A stretch of DNA of 64,000 bases from the sequence record NC_070869.1. One strand, 5' to 3'. Position 1 is the first letter of the stretch, and the number at the start of each line of letters is the position of its first letter. A program made the translations under genes and the position numbers. Of this stretch, positions 55,206 to 64,000 are shown piece after piece. The DNA comes from Escherichia phage vB_EcoP_SP5M. Under the pieces are notes generated by a model. It worked only from the letters and a program-made list of their open reading frames with translations, did not search any database and was not told the origin of the DNA.

Positions 55206-56408
55206 TTACAGAGGAGCAACAGTCTTAATCAGAGCCAGACGTTCTGGACGTTTAACCAGAATACCGTAGTACCACTTGATGGAACTGAAACCAGTCTCGC
55301 CATACGGGTCATTACGGTCAGCAGTTTCTCGACCAGGCATCTTAGTCATGATGGAGAACTTAACAGACTTACCATCAGTCTGGAAGCCAATGGTAGAGAA
55401 GGAGTCATCACCAACTACCAGCATCGGGAATACGTCGTAGTGTTCTTGACCACTAACCATAGAAGAACGGTAACCCGGGTTAGAAGAGACTTGAGCACCA
55501 GCACCTGCCCAATGCAGCATCTCCGGAACCTGAATAATACGGAACTTGTCGATACAACCGACTTCACCGTTCATCAGAGTACCAGCATCAGCATAGTGCT
55601 GAACCTCGATGAATGCTTTGTTACCAAACAGGTCTTTCATCGCTTTCAGTTCTGGAACCAGTTCAGAACCAACGTACATTACGCGAGTACCACCAAGTAC
55701 TTTGGTATCAGTCAGCTTAGAACCAGTGATGATAGTAGTCTGGGTCGGAGTACGGTTCTCAGTAAGAATCTGGTCAAGACGCATCAGGTTCTTATAAGAA
55801 ACTACAGACGGGGTAGAACCTTCACCAGTGATGGTAGCATCAGAGGTAGCAGCACCTGCATACAGTACAGTACCTGCAGCAGCCAACAGGTCTTTCTGGA
55901 GAACAGCTTCAGTCAACTGTACAGCACCGTTCATCAGTTCACGAGACAGGTGTTCTTTCAGTTGGTCATCAGAATCAAAGTCCAGGGACTCTTGAGTAAA
56001 TTCGTAGAAGAAACCGAACTTATGGATGGAACCTTCGCGAGACAGACGGGTAAAGCCTACACGGTTAACACGACCACCGTTCTCTGTCAGCAGAGGCAGT
56101 TTAGAGGTAATGTTACCGACGTCTTTAGAAGAACCATACAGGTTACCATTAACGATGGTAGCACCGTTGGCATCAATACCCTGGTCGTTGATGTTCTTAT
56201 CATCAAGCAGTGGAACGTACTCGTACACCTTAACAGTCTTACCGTAGTTCTTCGGCATGTTGATGGTGTTAGCCAGTGGCATGAAGTACTGATCTTTACG
56301 AGACTGAATAATAGCTTTCTTCAGCCAGTAAAAGGTATTCATCTGGTCGGAACCAGCACCATCAATGCTAGATTTCTGACCGTCAACTGGAGCGTTATAG
56401 TTTAACAT
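55206..56408 (-). CDS. Major capsid protein
   Basis: 400 aa, size and position match N4-like major capsid gene; antisense 472-aa ORF judged spurious. Confidence 0.65.
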   Translation of the reverse strand: MLNYNAPVDGQKSSIDGAGSDQMNTFYWLKKAIIQSRKDQYFMPLANTINMPKNYGKTVKVYEYVPLLDDKNINDQGIDANGATIVNGNLYGSSKDVGNITSKLPLLTENGGRVNRVGFTRLSREGSIHKFGFFYEFTQESLDFDSDDQLKEHLSRELMNGAVQLTEAVLQKDLLAAAGTVLYAGAATSDATITGEGSTPSVVSYKNLMRLDQILTENRTPTQTTIITGSKLTDTKVLGGTRVMYVGSELVPELKAMKDLFGNKAFIEVQHYADAGTLMNGEVGCIDKFRIIQVPEMLHWAGAGAQVSSNPGYRSSMVSGQEHYDVFPMLVVGDDSFSTIGFQTDGKSVKFSIMTKMPGRETADRNDPYGETGFSSIKWYYGILVKRPERLALIKTVAPL

Positions 56409-56424
56409 ATCATCTTATTCCTGT

Positions 56425-57645
56425 TTAAAGACTACCCGGTACTGGGAGTTTAGCGAAATCTTCATCACTCATAGCGAGTGGGTTTACAATAGGTGTTGCT
56501 TTACGTGTAGCAGCCCGACTTAGGGAAGCTGCTTTAGCTTGCTCACTGTTAGCCAGGGTCTGCTTAGGTTGTGCTACACGCACTACCGGCTGAACCACTG
56601 GTTTAACTGCTTGTACCGGTTCAGGCTTAGCCACTCGGTTAAATGCCCCTTGTTGTGCAAGAAGGTTACCGACGTGGTTATAAGCCTGAATGAACGGAGT
56701 ACCAACCGGAATCTGACCTAACATCTGAAGACGATTCACTTCATTTGCAATGGTGTCATAAATACCATTCTCACGTTGTTCGTGAATAGTCTGGAGTAGT
56801 CCACGATTCTGGTAAAGAGCATCTTTACTGGCAGCATCCCATGTCGAGCCGATAACACCTAATGTAGCTTGTCCTTCTTGAGTAGACTTTAAGTCGTCAA
56901 TTTCGGTTGCAAAATCTGCTTCGGTGTCGGTAACACGGTGATTGCCACCCTGGTAGTTAATTTCCTCATCTGGATTAAAGTCCAGGGGGTCTGTACCAGA
57001 GTCTTTGAGCAACTTCTTAATGGCTTCAGGATTCTTTTTATCCAGGTCAATCAGGAAAGAAAGTTTATCCTCATCCATTAAACCGTTGTTCTGTAACATC
57101 AGCATTACCTTACGGTAAGGCTTTAGTTCTTGCATCTTACGAGTATAGTTAGCACCCATCTGCATCAGGCTAATGGCCTCCTCCGGTGAACGGGGAGTAA
57201 TCACTTTGCCGTTAGCTTTAAAAGGAGCCATCAACTTCTCGTAACCTTCCTTATAGTTGAAGTCAGCAGGCAGACCTTCAGACTGTTTGCCTTCTTCTTC
57301 CTGTTCCTGGCCTGGTTCAGTAGTAGAAGGTTCAGCTTTAGTAATCGGCTCACCGTTACTATCAACTTCTGTGTCAACAACTTTATCATCAACTTTATCA
57401 GAAGTTAAAGGATTTGCTGAATCTTCTTCATCTGGTTCGGCTTCAGGGGAGGTTTCTTCGGTTGGTAGGTCTTCAACAGCAGGGGTGGCAACTTCTTCTT
57501 CAGGAGTCTGTACGCCGTTGGTTTCTGGGTTGTTCTGAGTGGAAGTGTCTTCCTCAGCGATAATTGCTGGGGCTTCCATATTCAGAATCTCATCATCCGA
57601 CATTGCGAGAATGTCGGAAGCTGTGGTTGCAGCTTCCGTAGTCAT
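56425..57645 (-). CDS. Acidic protein upstream of capsid gene (scaffold-like candidate)
   Basis: 406 aa, strongly acidic N-terminal half; position. Confidence 0.4.
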   Translation of the reverse strand: MTTEAATTASDILAMSDDEILNMEAPAIIAEEDTSTQNNPETNGVQTPEEEVATPAVEDLPTEETSPEAEPDEEDSANPLTSDKVDDKVVDTEVDSNGEPITKAEPSTTEPGQEQEEEGKQSEGLPADFNYKEGYEKLMAPFKANGKVITPRSPEEAISLMQMGANYTRKMQELKPYRKVMLMLQNNGLMDEDKLSFLIDLDKKNPEAIKKLLKDSGTDPLDFNPDEEINYQGGNHRVTDTEADFATEIDDLKSTQEGQATLGVIGSTWDAASKDALYQNRGLLQTIHEQRENGIYDTIANEVNRLQMLGQIPVGTPFIQAYNHVGNLLAQQGAFNRVAKPEPVQAVKPVVQPVVRVAQPKQTLANSEQAKAASLSRAATRKATPIVNPLAMSDEDFAKLPVPGSL

Positions 57646-57664
57646 AGGAAATATCTCCGGTTAA

Positions 57665-58009
57665 TTATTCGTCTTCAGGCTCAGCACGAACTGCGTCGAG
57701 TTCTTCTTCTACCTGTAGAATAACGTCAGCCTCGTTTTCGCCCATACGAATGGCGAGGTCGAGCCAACGACGTAAATGACCAGCAGCTTGAGCCATGTTC
57801 AATGCATCTGCACGGTTATTGGCTTCAAGCAGTGGGTCACCAGACTCTTGCACGTAACGTGCACAATCTTCCGTACAGAACTGGCGAAGAATTACTTTAC
57901 GGAACAGTGGATTCTCCAGAAGTTTACGTACATCTTCTGCATGTGCAACTACACCTTTAGCAGCTTCTAGTCGATGTTCCAGTCCAGCGATTGTTGATTC
58001 TTTACTCAT
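57665..58009 (-). CDS. Hypothetical late protein (114 aa)
   Basis: ORF track. Confidence 0.4.
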   Translation of the reverse strand: MSKESTIAGLEHRLEAAKGVVAHAEDVRKLLENPLFRKVILRQFCTEDCARYVQESGDPLLEANNRADALNMAQAAGHLRRWLDLAIRMGENEADVILQVEEELDAVRAEPEDE

Positions 58010-58022
58010 GTGAAGGTCTGCC

Positions 58023-60299
58023 TTACAGGTTCATGCCAAGAGCCGATGCTGGATCTTGGCTAGGGTCATAGTATTGGGAACTAAGTGAATAAGCTGGGTC
58101 TTGTTGAGCAGCTAAATCGCGTTCTGGTATTGAGTTCCCATCAGTCAAAGTATTATATCCAACAGCAGCAGATATGTTGGGGGTAGTTTCCCCTTCTTTA
58201 ATAGGTGTTGTCAATGCCTTAGTTATTTGAAGGTTCTGGTTTCCTTGAGATTGTGCTTTTTGTTTTTCCATATCACGAGCATGTTTAGTACCAGATTCCT
58301 GTTCCAGATAATCCAGGTCTTTAAGGTCACCACTAGAAGCAGCCTCTTTAGCCTTAGCCATATTGAGTGCAATCTTACTTTGCAGCTCTTCATTCTCAAG
58401 CTGTGCTTTCTGAATTGCCAATTGCTTAAGCTGTTCTTCCATAGGGTCTGGCTGTGGTCGCCAAGTACGTAACTCATGAGCCAGGTCAGGCATACGTTTA
58501 AGTTCTGCAATCTTAGCTACAAGAGATAGCGTAATAGTTTGGTCAACCGTATTACCTAGTGTTTGAACCATGAAGCTCAAATCCTGAGACTTCTGGTTAT
58601 CAATTTCAGCAGTGTTAATATCAACCTCAATGTCGAAGTTACCTTTAAGGTCTTCACGGTTAATCTCTACATACTGCTCATTAGTAATACGTACTACTTC
58701 CTTCTCAGATAAGAACACAGCATTCATTGCACAAATCTTAGTACCAATGTCTGCCATACCTTTAGCTAATCGGCGAAGGATTGCCATCTCACGTTTGGAT
58801 GCTGCATCAAGTGCACCACGAATACCAGCAGCCACGTCACCATAAGCAGAACCAGTTACACCACCGGAGAATGCTTTAACACCAGTTAGTGATTCTGCTT
58901 CCTGGTTTTGCATCTGGGTCATTACTATTGCCGACTGAGGTAATTCAGGGAACTTATGTTCCATAATAGCCTGACTAGGATTGCCCTGCATTGGGTTGTA
59001 TTCATAGTCTTGCCCATCGTCATATCGACGACGGTTTAGTGTATCCAGCATCCCTTTAGGATAACCACGTTGACCATTTGCACTACGACCCAACAGGTCA
59101 ATCATCCCACGCATAGTTGCACCAAGAATCGCTTGGTTATCCCCTAAAAGTTCAGCATCGGCTTCACCAAAGAGTTCACGCTTACGTGGCATGTAAGGAA
59201 CAACTACCAAAGGTAACTTACCATCAGGGAATGGGTTCTTCTCCATACGAATAAGAGTAGAACCAATCCAGGTAGCAACAATAGGTTCCAAAGAACCATC
59301 ATCATTGATGTCGTAAAATCCCCAGTATTCATAAGCAACAACTTTCTTACGAAGTGCATCCTTAAACTGGAAGTCGCTTGGAGTTTTACTCTCATGGTCT
59401 GGGTCAGTCATAGGACTGGAGCTTTCCCAGTCAATCTTATCTAAGTTGTGATATAGATCCTTGTTCTTCATGAGGTCTGCTTTGCATGTCTCAAAGGAGA
59501 TAACTGCATACAGAGCCTTATCCAAATCACCATTACAGCTTGGATCAATAACTACGTTATTAGGATTAAGCATTTCAACGGTAGGTCTGTTAACCAGTGC
59601 CTTCTCTACCTCTACTTCAGTAACTCCTGTCTGTATTGCATAGGTAGCTTCTCCAGTTTCATTGAAGTAGTTAACAGCTTCCTTAATATCTTCAGGCATT
59701 GTTTCGTCGTACTCACGAGGATTCTCTGCCTGAAGTTGTAAAGCCTGTTGAAGAACATCTGCCTGTTCCTGGTTCTCAATTGGATACAACTGGAAGACCG
59801 GTGTTTCTGTTTTAATTTTAACAGTCTTACGTTCCCAGCCAATACGAGCAATACCAGTACCGTCATCTACGACACTGTGTACGTAATCATCCACCAGTTT
59901 TACTTTATTAAGCTGGGTACGGAATTGGTAGTTAAGAACTAATTCATTCTGTCGTGCAGCTAACTCATCTTCAAAGGTAACAGGAGTTACTTTAAAGAGT
60001 TTATTAGATGAGAGGAACGGCTCAGACAATGGAGCATACCGCCACTCTGCCTGACGGCGAACCAGTCTGGGTTGGACTTGTGACCGTCCTTTAACCTTTG
60101 GGGGTTTAGCTTTACCCTTGACTTCCATCAGGTCATTCCACTCACGAATCTGTGCCATGATTGCTTCGTGAGCAGGTTTAGCTGATTCCAAATCACCCTT
60201 CAGTAATTGGATACTTGGTTCCTTCTTCCAGTCCGTTAGCTTCTCTGATTGAGCCGGGTCAGGTAAAGGCTTAAAAGTGTCTTGGTGTTCCATAGTCAA
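58023..60299 (-). CDS. Portal protein
   Basis: 758 aa at the N4 portal position; acidic C-terminal region. Confidence 0.65.
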   Translation of the reverse strand: MTMEHQDTFKPLPDPAQSEKLTDWKKEPSIQLLKGDLESAKPAHEAIMAQIREWNDLMEVKGKAKPPKVKGRSQVQPRLVRRQAEWRYAPLSEPFLSSNKLFKVTPVTFEDELAARQNELVLNYQFRTQLNKVKLVDDYVHSVVDDGTGIARIGWERKTVKIKTETPVFQLYPIENQEQADVLQQALQLQAENPREYDETMPEDIKEAVNYFNETGEATYAIQTGVTEVEVEKALVNRPTVEMLNPNNVVIDPSCNGDLDKALYAVISFETCKADLMKNKDLYHNLDKIDWESSSPMTDPDHESKTPSDFQFKDALRKKVVAYEYWGFYDINDDGSLEPIVATWIGSTLIRMEKNPFPDGKLPLVVVPYMPRKRELFGEADAELLGDNQAILGATMRGMIDLLGRSANGQRGYPKGMLDTLNRRRYDDGQDYEYNPMQGNPSQAIMEHKFPELPQSAIVMTQMQNQEAESLTGVKAFSGGVTGSAYGDVAAGIRGALDAASKREMAILRRLAKGMADIGTKICAMNAVFLSEKEVVRITNEQYVEINREDLKGNFDIEVDINTAEIDNQKSQDLSFMVQTLGNTVDQTITLSLVAKIAELKRMPDLAHELRTWRPQPDPMEEQLKQLAIQKAQLENEELQSKIALNMAKAKEAASSGDLKDLDYLEQESGTKHARDMEKQKAQSQGNQNLQITKALTTPIKEGETTPNISAAVGYNTLTDGNSIPERDLAAQQDPAYSLSSQYYDPSQDPASALGMNL

Positions 60300-60301
60300 T
60301 C

Positions 60302-60802
60302 CTATTCAAAAAGTTTACGGTCAGCCTGAATTTGTTTACCCAACTCAACTAGTTGGTTGTCACGGAGTCTAACAGTTGCCCGGAGTTCTTCAACCAAACG
60401 TCTGCCTTCTTCAAGACTACTGTCGAGTCTGGCTGCATGGCTTGCAAGACTTCTGCACTCAAGGGTTCCGGCTTCGGCTTGACGTTTATATACCGATGCT
60501 CGTCTTTCAGACTGTTGCATCCGGCTGTCGTAATCACTGCTAACGCGAGCAAGCTCGCTTGCGTAATTACTCTCAGCCATCTGCAACCGGGAAGTAAGTA
60601 ACCCGACTTCATAACTATGGTTTCTTTGGAGAGCATTGTATTTGTCCTGTAGTTTTTGTGTTGCCTTCAGGTCTTCGACCTTTTGGTCATCCCATTTCTT
60701 TTGAACAGTAGACTGCCCATTGGAATTGCCCCAAAAGTAAATGGTGGCCCCGAGGACCACCACCAGAAGATAAGGCCAACCTTTAGAGATTAGCATCTTC
60801 AT
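60302..60802 (-). CDS. i-spanin (Rz-like): N-terminal TM helix plus coiled-coil periplasmic domain
   Basis: [16 protein letters not shown] helix followed by charged coiled-coil region. Confidence 0.55.
   Translation of the reverse strand: MKMLISKGWPYLLVVVLGATIYFWGNSNGQSTVQKKWDDQKVEDLKATQKLQDKYNALQRNHSYEVGLLTSRLQMAESNYASELARVSSDYDSRMQQSERRASVYKRQAEAGTLECRSLASHAARLDSSLEEGRRLVEELRATVRLRDNQLVELGKQIQADRKLFE
60349..60612 (-). CDS. o-spanin (Rz1-like) lipoprotein embedded in another frame of the i-spanin gene
   Basis: Signal peptide with lipobox-like AVITTAGC, Pro-rich mature part; entirely embedded. Confidence 0.5.
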   Translation of the reverse strand: MKSGYLLPGCRWLRVITQASLLALAVITTAGCNSLKDEHRYINVKPKPEPLSAEVLQAMQPDSTVVLKKADVWLKNSGQLLDSVTTN

Positions 60803-61418
60803 TACATGCCTCCAGTGGCACATTACCGATTCGGTTAGCTACCCAACCATACGTAAAATCTGGCATGTTCAATGAGGTGTAGTGGTTCAGTTGTTTAGCA
60901 TCAAGTAACTTAATCATTACCTGACATGCTGCAACTTTGCCTCGTTTTTTCTGTAATGCTTTATATGCATTAACAGTACCTGCACCGACTTTACCATCAA
61001 CTTGTATTTTAGGGTAGTCTTTGCCATCACGGGACATTTCATTAAGGGATTGCTGCAACCACTTAGCTGGTCTGATTACACCGGTATTAACACCAGCATC
61101 AACCAGTTTGTGTGTTACAGCAGGAGATATATCAGTGAAGGCTACGAAGTTAGGCTTAAGTACATAGTCATCAATGTATATCTCAGCAGCCATCTCTTTA
61201 GATAAACCCTTCATGGAACCATCCCAACCATATTCAGCAGCCAGAACTTCTTTATGAGATTTAGCTACTGATTGAGTAATACCATGATTAGTTTCCCCAC
61301 CTGGGTCACGCGGATTGTTTACATACCCTCCTTCCATATAGAACACTGCCCCCAGAATAGCAGCGACAACTCCTCCCACTGCACCACCTTTTGCAGCAAG
61401 TTTTTGTTTAGCTTTCAT
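60783..61418 (-). CDS. SAR endolysin, N-acetylmuramidase (GH108-like)
   Basis: Gly/Ala-rich N-terminal SAR-like helix (GGAVGGVVAAILGAVFY); EGGYVNNPRDPGGETNHGIT catalytic motif. Confidence 0.7.
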   Translation of the reverse strand: MKAKQKLAAKGGAVGGVVAAILGAVFYMEGGYVNNPRDPGGETNHGITQSVAKSHKEVLAAEYGWDGSMKGLSKEMAAEIYIDDYVLKPNFVAFTDISPAVTHKLVDAGVNTGVIRPAKWLQQSLNEMSRDGKDYPKIQVDGKVGAGTVNAYKALQKKRGKVAACQVMIKLLDAKQLNHYTSLNMPDFTYGWVANRIGNVPLEACNEDANL

Positions 61419-61668
61419 GAGAATCTTCCTTTGGATGGAATCGTATTAGTCTGCCTACAATGTTTAAGGCAAACAGTGCGATTGTAATGCTGGAACCATG
61501 TGGGATATCTTCAAGGATATGACGAGGCAGTCCCGTCAGCATTGGTTGGATAATATCTACAGCAGAAAACAGAATTAACCCAAACGTGCTAATCTGAACA
61601 GATGCCCACTTCCAGGATTTCTTCCAGTTAGGTACTAGCCCTATCTTTCTTTTTAGCCTGCAAACCAT
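61408..61668 (-). CDS. Putative holin/pinholin (two TM helices)
   Basis: TM helices VQISTFGLILFSAVDIIQPML and SSITIALFALNIVGRLI; directly upstream of SAR endolysin. Confidence 0.45.
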   Translation of the reverse strand: MVCRLKRKIGLVPNWKKSWKWASVQISTFGLILFSAVDIIQPMLTGLPRHILEDIPHGSSITIALFALNIVGRLIRFHPKEDSHES

Positions 61669-61985
61669 GCGAATATCTCCCGTCTTGCAGCAGCCAATAC
61701 ACCAATAATTGCACCTGCTCCAGCCCACACCCACTTACCAAAAATCCCAGCACCAGCAACTTTATGTTTAATGGTGATGAACTCTTCGATGGTAGGTTCA
61801 GACTTAGTGATGCTCTCCTCTACCCGTTTAAGTCGGGTACTAAGGTCGCCCATAGACTCACTTAGCTTTTTAATAGACTCTTCCATTTTCTCCCTTTCCC
61901 TCGATTCACGAGTTTGGTTTTCGAAAATGTTTCTCAGTCTCTCTTCAAGTCTGGCTAGAGTTACGTTATCTGGTTCATTTCCCAT
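61653..61985 (-). CDS. Coiled-coil protein with C-terminal TM helix (holin/antiholin candidate)
   Basis: Charged N-terminal region; C-terminal AGAGIFGKWVWAGAGAIIGVLAAA. Confidence 0.4.
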   Translation of the reverse strand: MGNEPDNVTLARLEERLRNIFENQTRESREREKMEESIKKLSESMGDLSTRLKRVEESITKSEPTIEEFITIKHKVAGAGIFGKWVWAGAGAIIGVLAAARREIFAWFAG

Positions 61986-62157
61986 AGGGACTTTCTCAGG
62001 TTAGTTAAGTCATAATTGACTAAAACAGTCTACCTAATGACTTGTTTGTGGTACAACAAAAACCCTCCCCAACAGTCTAGCTGGGCTGGTTAGTACCTAA
62101 AATATTGAACAATAAATCTGTCTACAACAAAGCCTACAAGGAGGCAATGAGCCACCG

Positions 62158-62187
62158 ATGGACTTCGACGACGACATTCCGTTCTGA
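62158..62187 (+). CDS. Mini-ORF encoding MDFDDDIPF (SSB C-terminal tail peptide)
   Basis: ATG-initiated 9-codon ORF; AAGGAGG 13 nt upstream; hairpin with T tract downstream. Confidence 0.3.
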   Translation: MDFDDDIPF

Positions 62188-62192
62188 TGAAG

Positions 62193-62212
62193 AAAGGGCC
62201 ATGCGGCCCTTT
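62193..62212. terminator. Bidirectional hairpin/terminator (AAAGGGCC-ATGC-GGCCCTTT)
   Basis: 8-bp stem with GC core, T-rich on both sides. Confidence 0.5.
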
Positions 62213-62322
62213 TGATTATGATGATAACAGCTCTATAATCTTTTTAACCAGTTCAGCCACGTATCTGAACCAGATTACAAATGGCGGTTCGGTCGGTTCT
62301 GTTTCACCTTCTATTTTCACCC

Positions 62323-63858
62323 CTACATTGATGGCAGTAGAGAGACATTAACATCTCTCACAAGCCCATCAACACTAGTTAACACAACTGAGATGTCACC
62401 AGTTGAACTATTAATAGATAAGCTAACAGTAACCCCTGTTCCAGAAAGACCAATCCTTCCAGAGCTTGCGACAATTCCGCTGGTGATGATATCAAGATAG
62501 AAATTGGTTTCGTGCCTTATCCCTATAGGTATTTTTATATAATCACCTTGTGCAGTATTGCCAATTCTGCACTCAATCAATATGGCTCTGGTGACGTATG
62601 TATCATATAAATCTTGCGCAATATTGGGCTTAGTGAATGATAACGTTGCTCCCACAGTGGCTGGTAATCTACCTGATGACTGTGCACCAATAATCCGTCT
62701 TCCTTTGATAACCTGTGACATTCCAACATTTACATCATCATCCATACCGAGATTTCCGGTTATAGCTTTATTTAATGTAGGAGCCTTCTGGTTAAGTGCC
62801 GAAGTAACAAAACCGGTCATATCACTTCCAGATATCAGGAGTGTCCCATTACCAGAGCCAAGAACCGATACGTTAAACGATGGAGAATTTGTCCCACCCT
62901 GACCCCACTCTTTAGCTCCGTTTCGGGTTCTCACCCCAGAGATTACTATTTTACCGTTATCAATAATAACAAAGTTTGCTGAGTAGTTATCATTCATTGG
63001 TTGATTAGTACCACTGCGAGCGACGACAACTCCGGTTACAATCCATGACGAATCCTTGCCAGCAACTACCCCTCCTCGTCCAGCCCTGTCGCACAGTTCA
63101 CCTGAAATCTGGTTTTCTATTGATTCATACGCATACCAGTTATCACCAGCGTTCCATTCGTTACGGCATCCCCCGAAAAAGTTACTATTTGCCCCACCGA
63201 CAAGAGCTACGCCTCGGTCATTGGCATTGATTGTGCAACCAATCATCATAGAGTCTATTAAATTTTTAACTCCGTCCCCATTTCCAGATAGTGAACAAAA
63301 GTGTGCTTTCACTGTTGCGATGTATCTTGCTGATCCTTCCTTATTCCAACCAATACCAATAGCAAAACGGTAAATCCCGCACCCTTCAAGTCGAGTACCG
63401 TTGAACTCGGTAGATTTATCTGCGGAATAAAAAAGATACGTTGTTTTATCTCGACCATCAAAAACAATATCCCGGAACACATGACGACCAGTTGAATAAA
63501 ACGGAAAGCTTGCTCCAGCTGCTACACGGATAACGACCCCGCAATTAAGGAAGCTACTGTCATCTGATACAGTGTATGGTCGACGACATCCCCACCCTAT
63601 AAGTGAGAATCCCAATGGAAGCGTAGCGGGATCGCTACCAAGTTCAATAATCCCCAGGTTCCTCGGTATATCAAGGACCATAACTCCTGCAGCTATAGCT
63701 GCTTTTAACGCATAGTCCGCTGAGACTACTGCTCCAGAAGTTGTAAGTAATGCTTGTTGATCCGATTCGGTAAGGTATTCAAAAAGTGACGCACGAATGA
63801 TTCTGTCCAGAGGGGAGGCGTTCCGGGACACCATTGACGCCCCTGTTTCAGAAGACAT
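62323..63858 (-). CDS. Tail fiber / tailspike-like protein, probable beta-helix
   Basis: 511 aa, Gly/Asn/Ser/Thr-rich with repeated G-x-G-x-V/I segments; N-terminus may lie beyond ORF start. Confidence 0.45.
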   Translation of the reverse strand: MSSETGASMVSRNASPLDRIIRASLFEYLTESDQQALLTTSGAVVSADYALKAAIAAGVMVLDIPRNLGIIELGSDPATLPLGFSLIGWGCRRPYTVSDDSSFLNCGVVIRVAAGASFPFYSTGRHVFRDIVFDGRDKTTYLFYSADKSTEFNGTRLEGCGIYRFAIGIGWNKEGSARYIATVKAHFCSLSGNGDGVKNLIDSMMIGCTINANDRGVALVGGANSNFFGGCRNEWNAGDNWYAYESIENQISGELCDRAGRGGVVAGKDSSWIVTGVVVARSGTNQPMNDNYSANFVIIDNGKIVISGVRTRNGAKEWGQGGTNSPSFNVSVLGSGNGTLLISGSDMTGFVTSALNQKAPTLNKAITGNLGMDDDVNVGMSQVIKGRRIIGAQSSGRLPATVGATLSFTKPNIAQDLYDTYVTRAILIECRIGNTAQGDYIKIPIGIRHETNFYLDIITSGIVASSGRIGLSGTGVTVSLSINSSTGDISVVLTSVDGLVRDVNVSLLPSM

Positions 63859-64000
63859 CTCCTGCCTAAGCGTTGCATCACCAACACTAACCCACGCATT
63901 AGGGCTAACACCACCGGTTGATGTAGGGGTTGAACCAGCAGGAACTACCTTAGGTAGTACACCATCCCAACGGTATTTACCACCAGCAAAAACAACCAGT

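Noticed and set aside
54987-56405. 472-aa ORF on the + strand
   Set aside because: Antisense to the well-supported capsid gene; low-complexity translation with no start context; taken as a chance open frame.
1-64000. Search for CRISPR arrays, integrase/transposase genes, reverse transcriptase (retron/DGR) or toxin-antitoxin pairs
   Set aside because: No spaced direct-repeat arrays, no recombinase or RT-like ORFs and no obvious TA pair were seen; the window looks like a strictly lytic phage segment.

Overview
This window reads as a 64 kb stretch of an N4-like podovirus (Schitoviridae-type) genome; all calls are from reading the sequence and ORF track, with no database search run. Left to right on the + strand: an early region of small ORFs driven by four hairpin promoters of the N4 virion-RNAP type (6-bp stem, TCC loop, conserved downstream TATGGA-like box), a two-subunit T7-like RNAP II, then a middle/replication module (Ig-like protein, MoxR-type AAA+ ATPase plus HExxH/vWA protein, dCTP deaminase, ThyX-like, rIIA/rIIB-like, Dda-like helicase, family A DNA polymerase, PD-(D/E)XK nuclease, primase-like protein, Sak4-like ATPase, SSB-like, RuvC-like). 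A 1.5 kb non-coding island of tRNA and tRNA-like elements (34.8-36.4 kb) follows. From 38.07 kb the strand switches to minus: a 3449-aa virion RNA polymerase, virion proteins, major capsid protein, portal, a lysis cassette and a beta-helix tail protein. Most notable: (1) a + strand mini-ORF in a late intergenic region encoding MDFDDDIPF, which from memory matches the C-terminal tail of E. coli-type SSB (13 residues NEPPMDFDDDIPF), with its own SD and hairpin; (2) a two-domain protein whose C-terminus resembles DUF2829/Tad2 anti-Thoeris sponges; (3) two replication genes each interrupted by an HNH homing endonuclease; (4) tRNA-like elements with non-canonical architecture, including one with an apparent A34 (AAU) anticodon. 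No integrase, transposase, CRISPR array or reverse transcriptase was seen.
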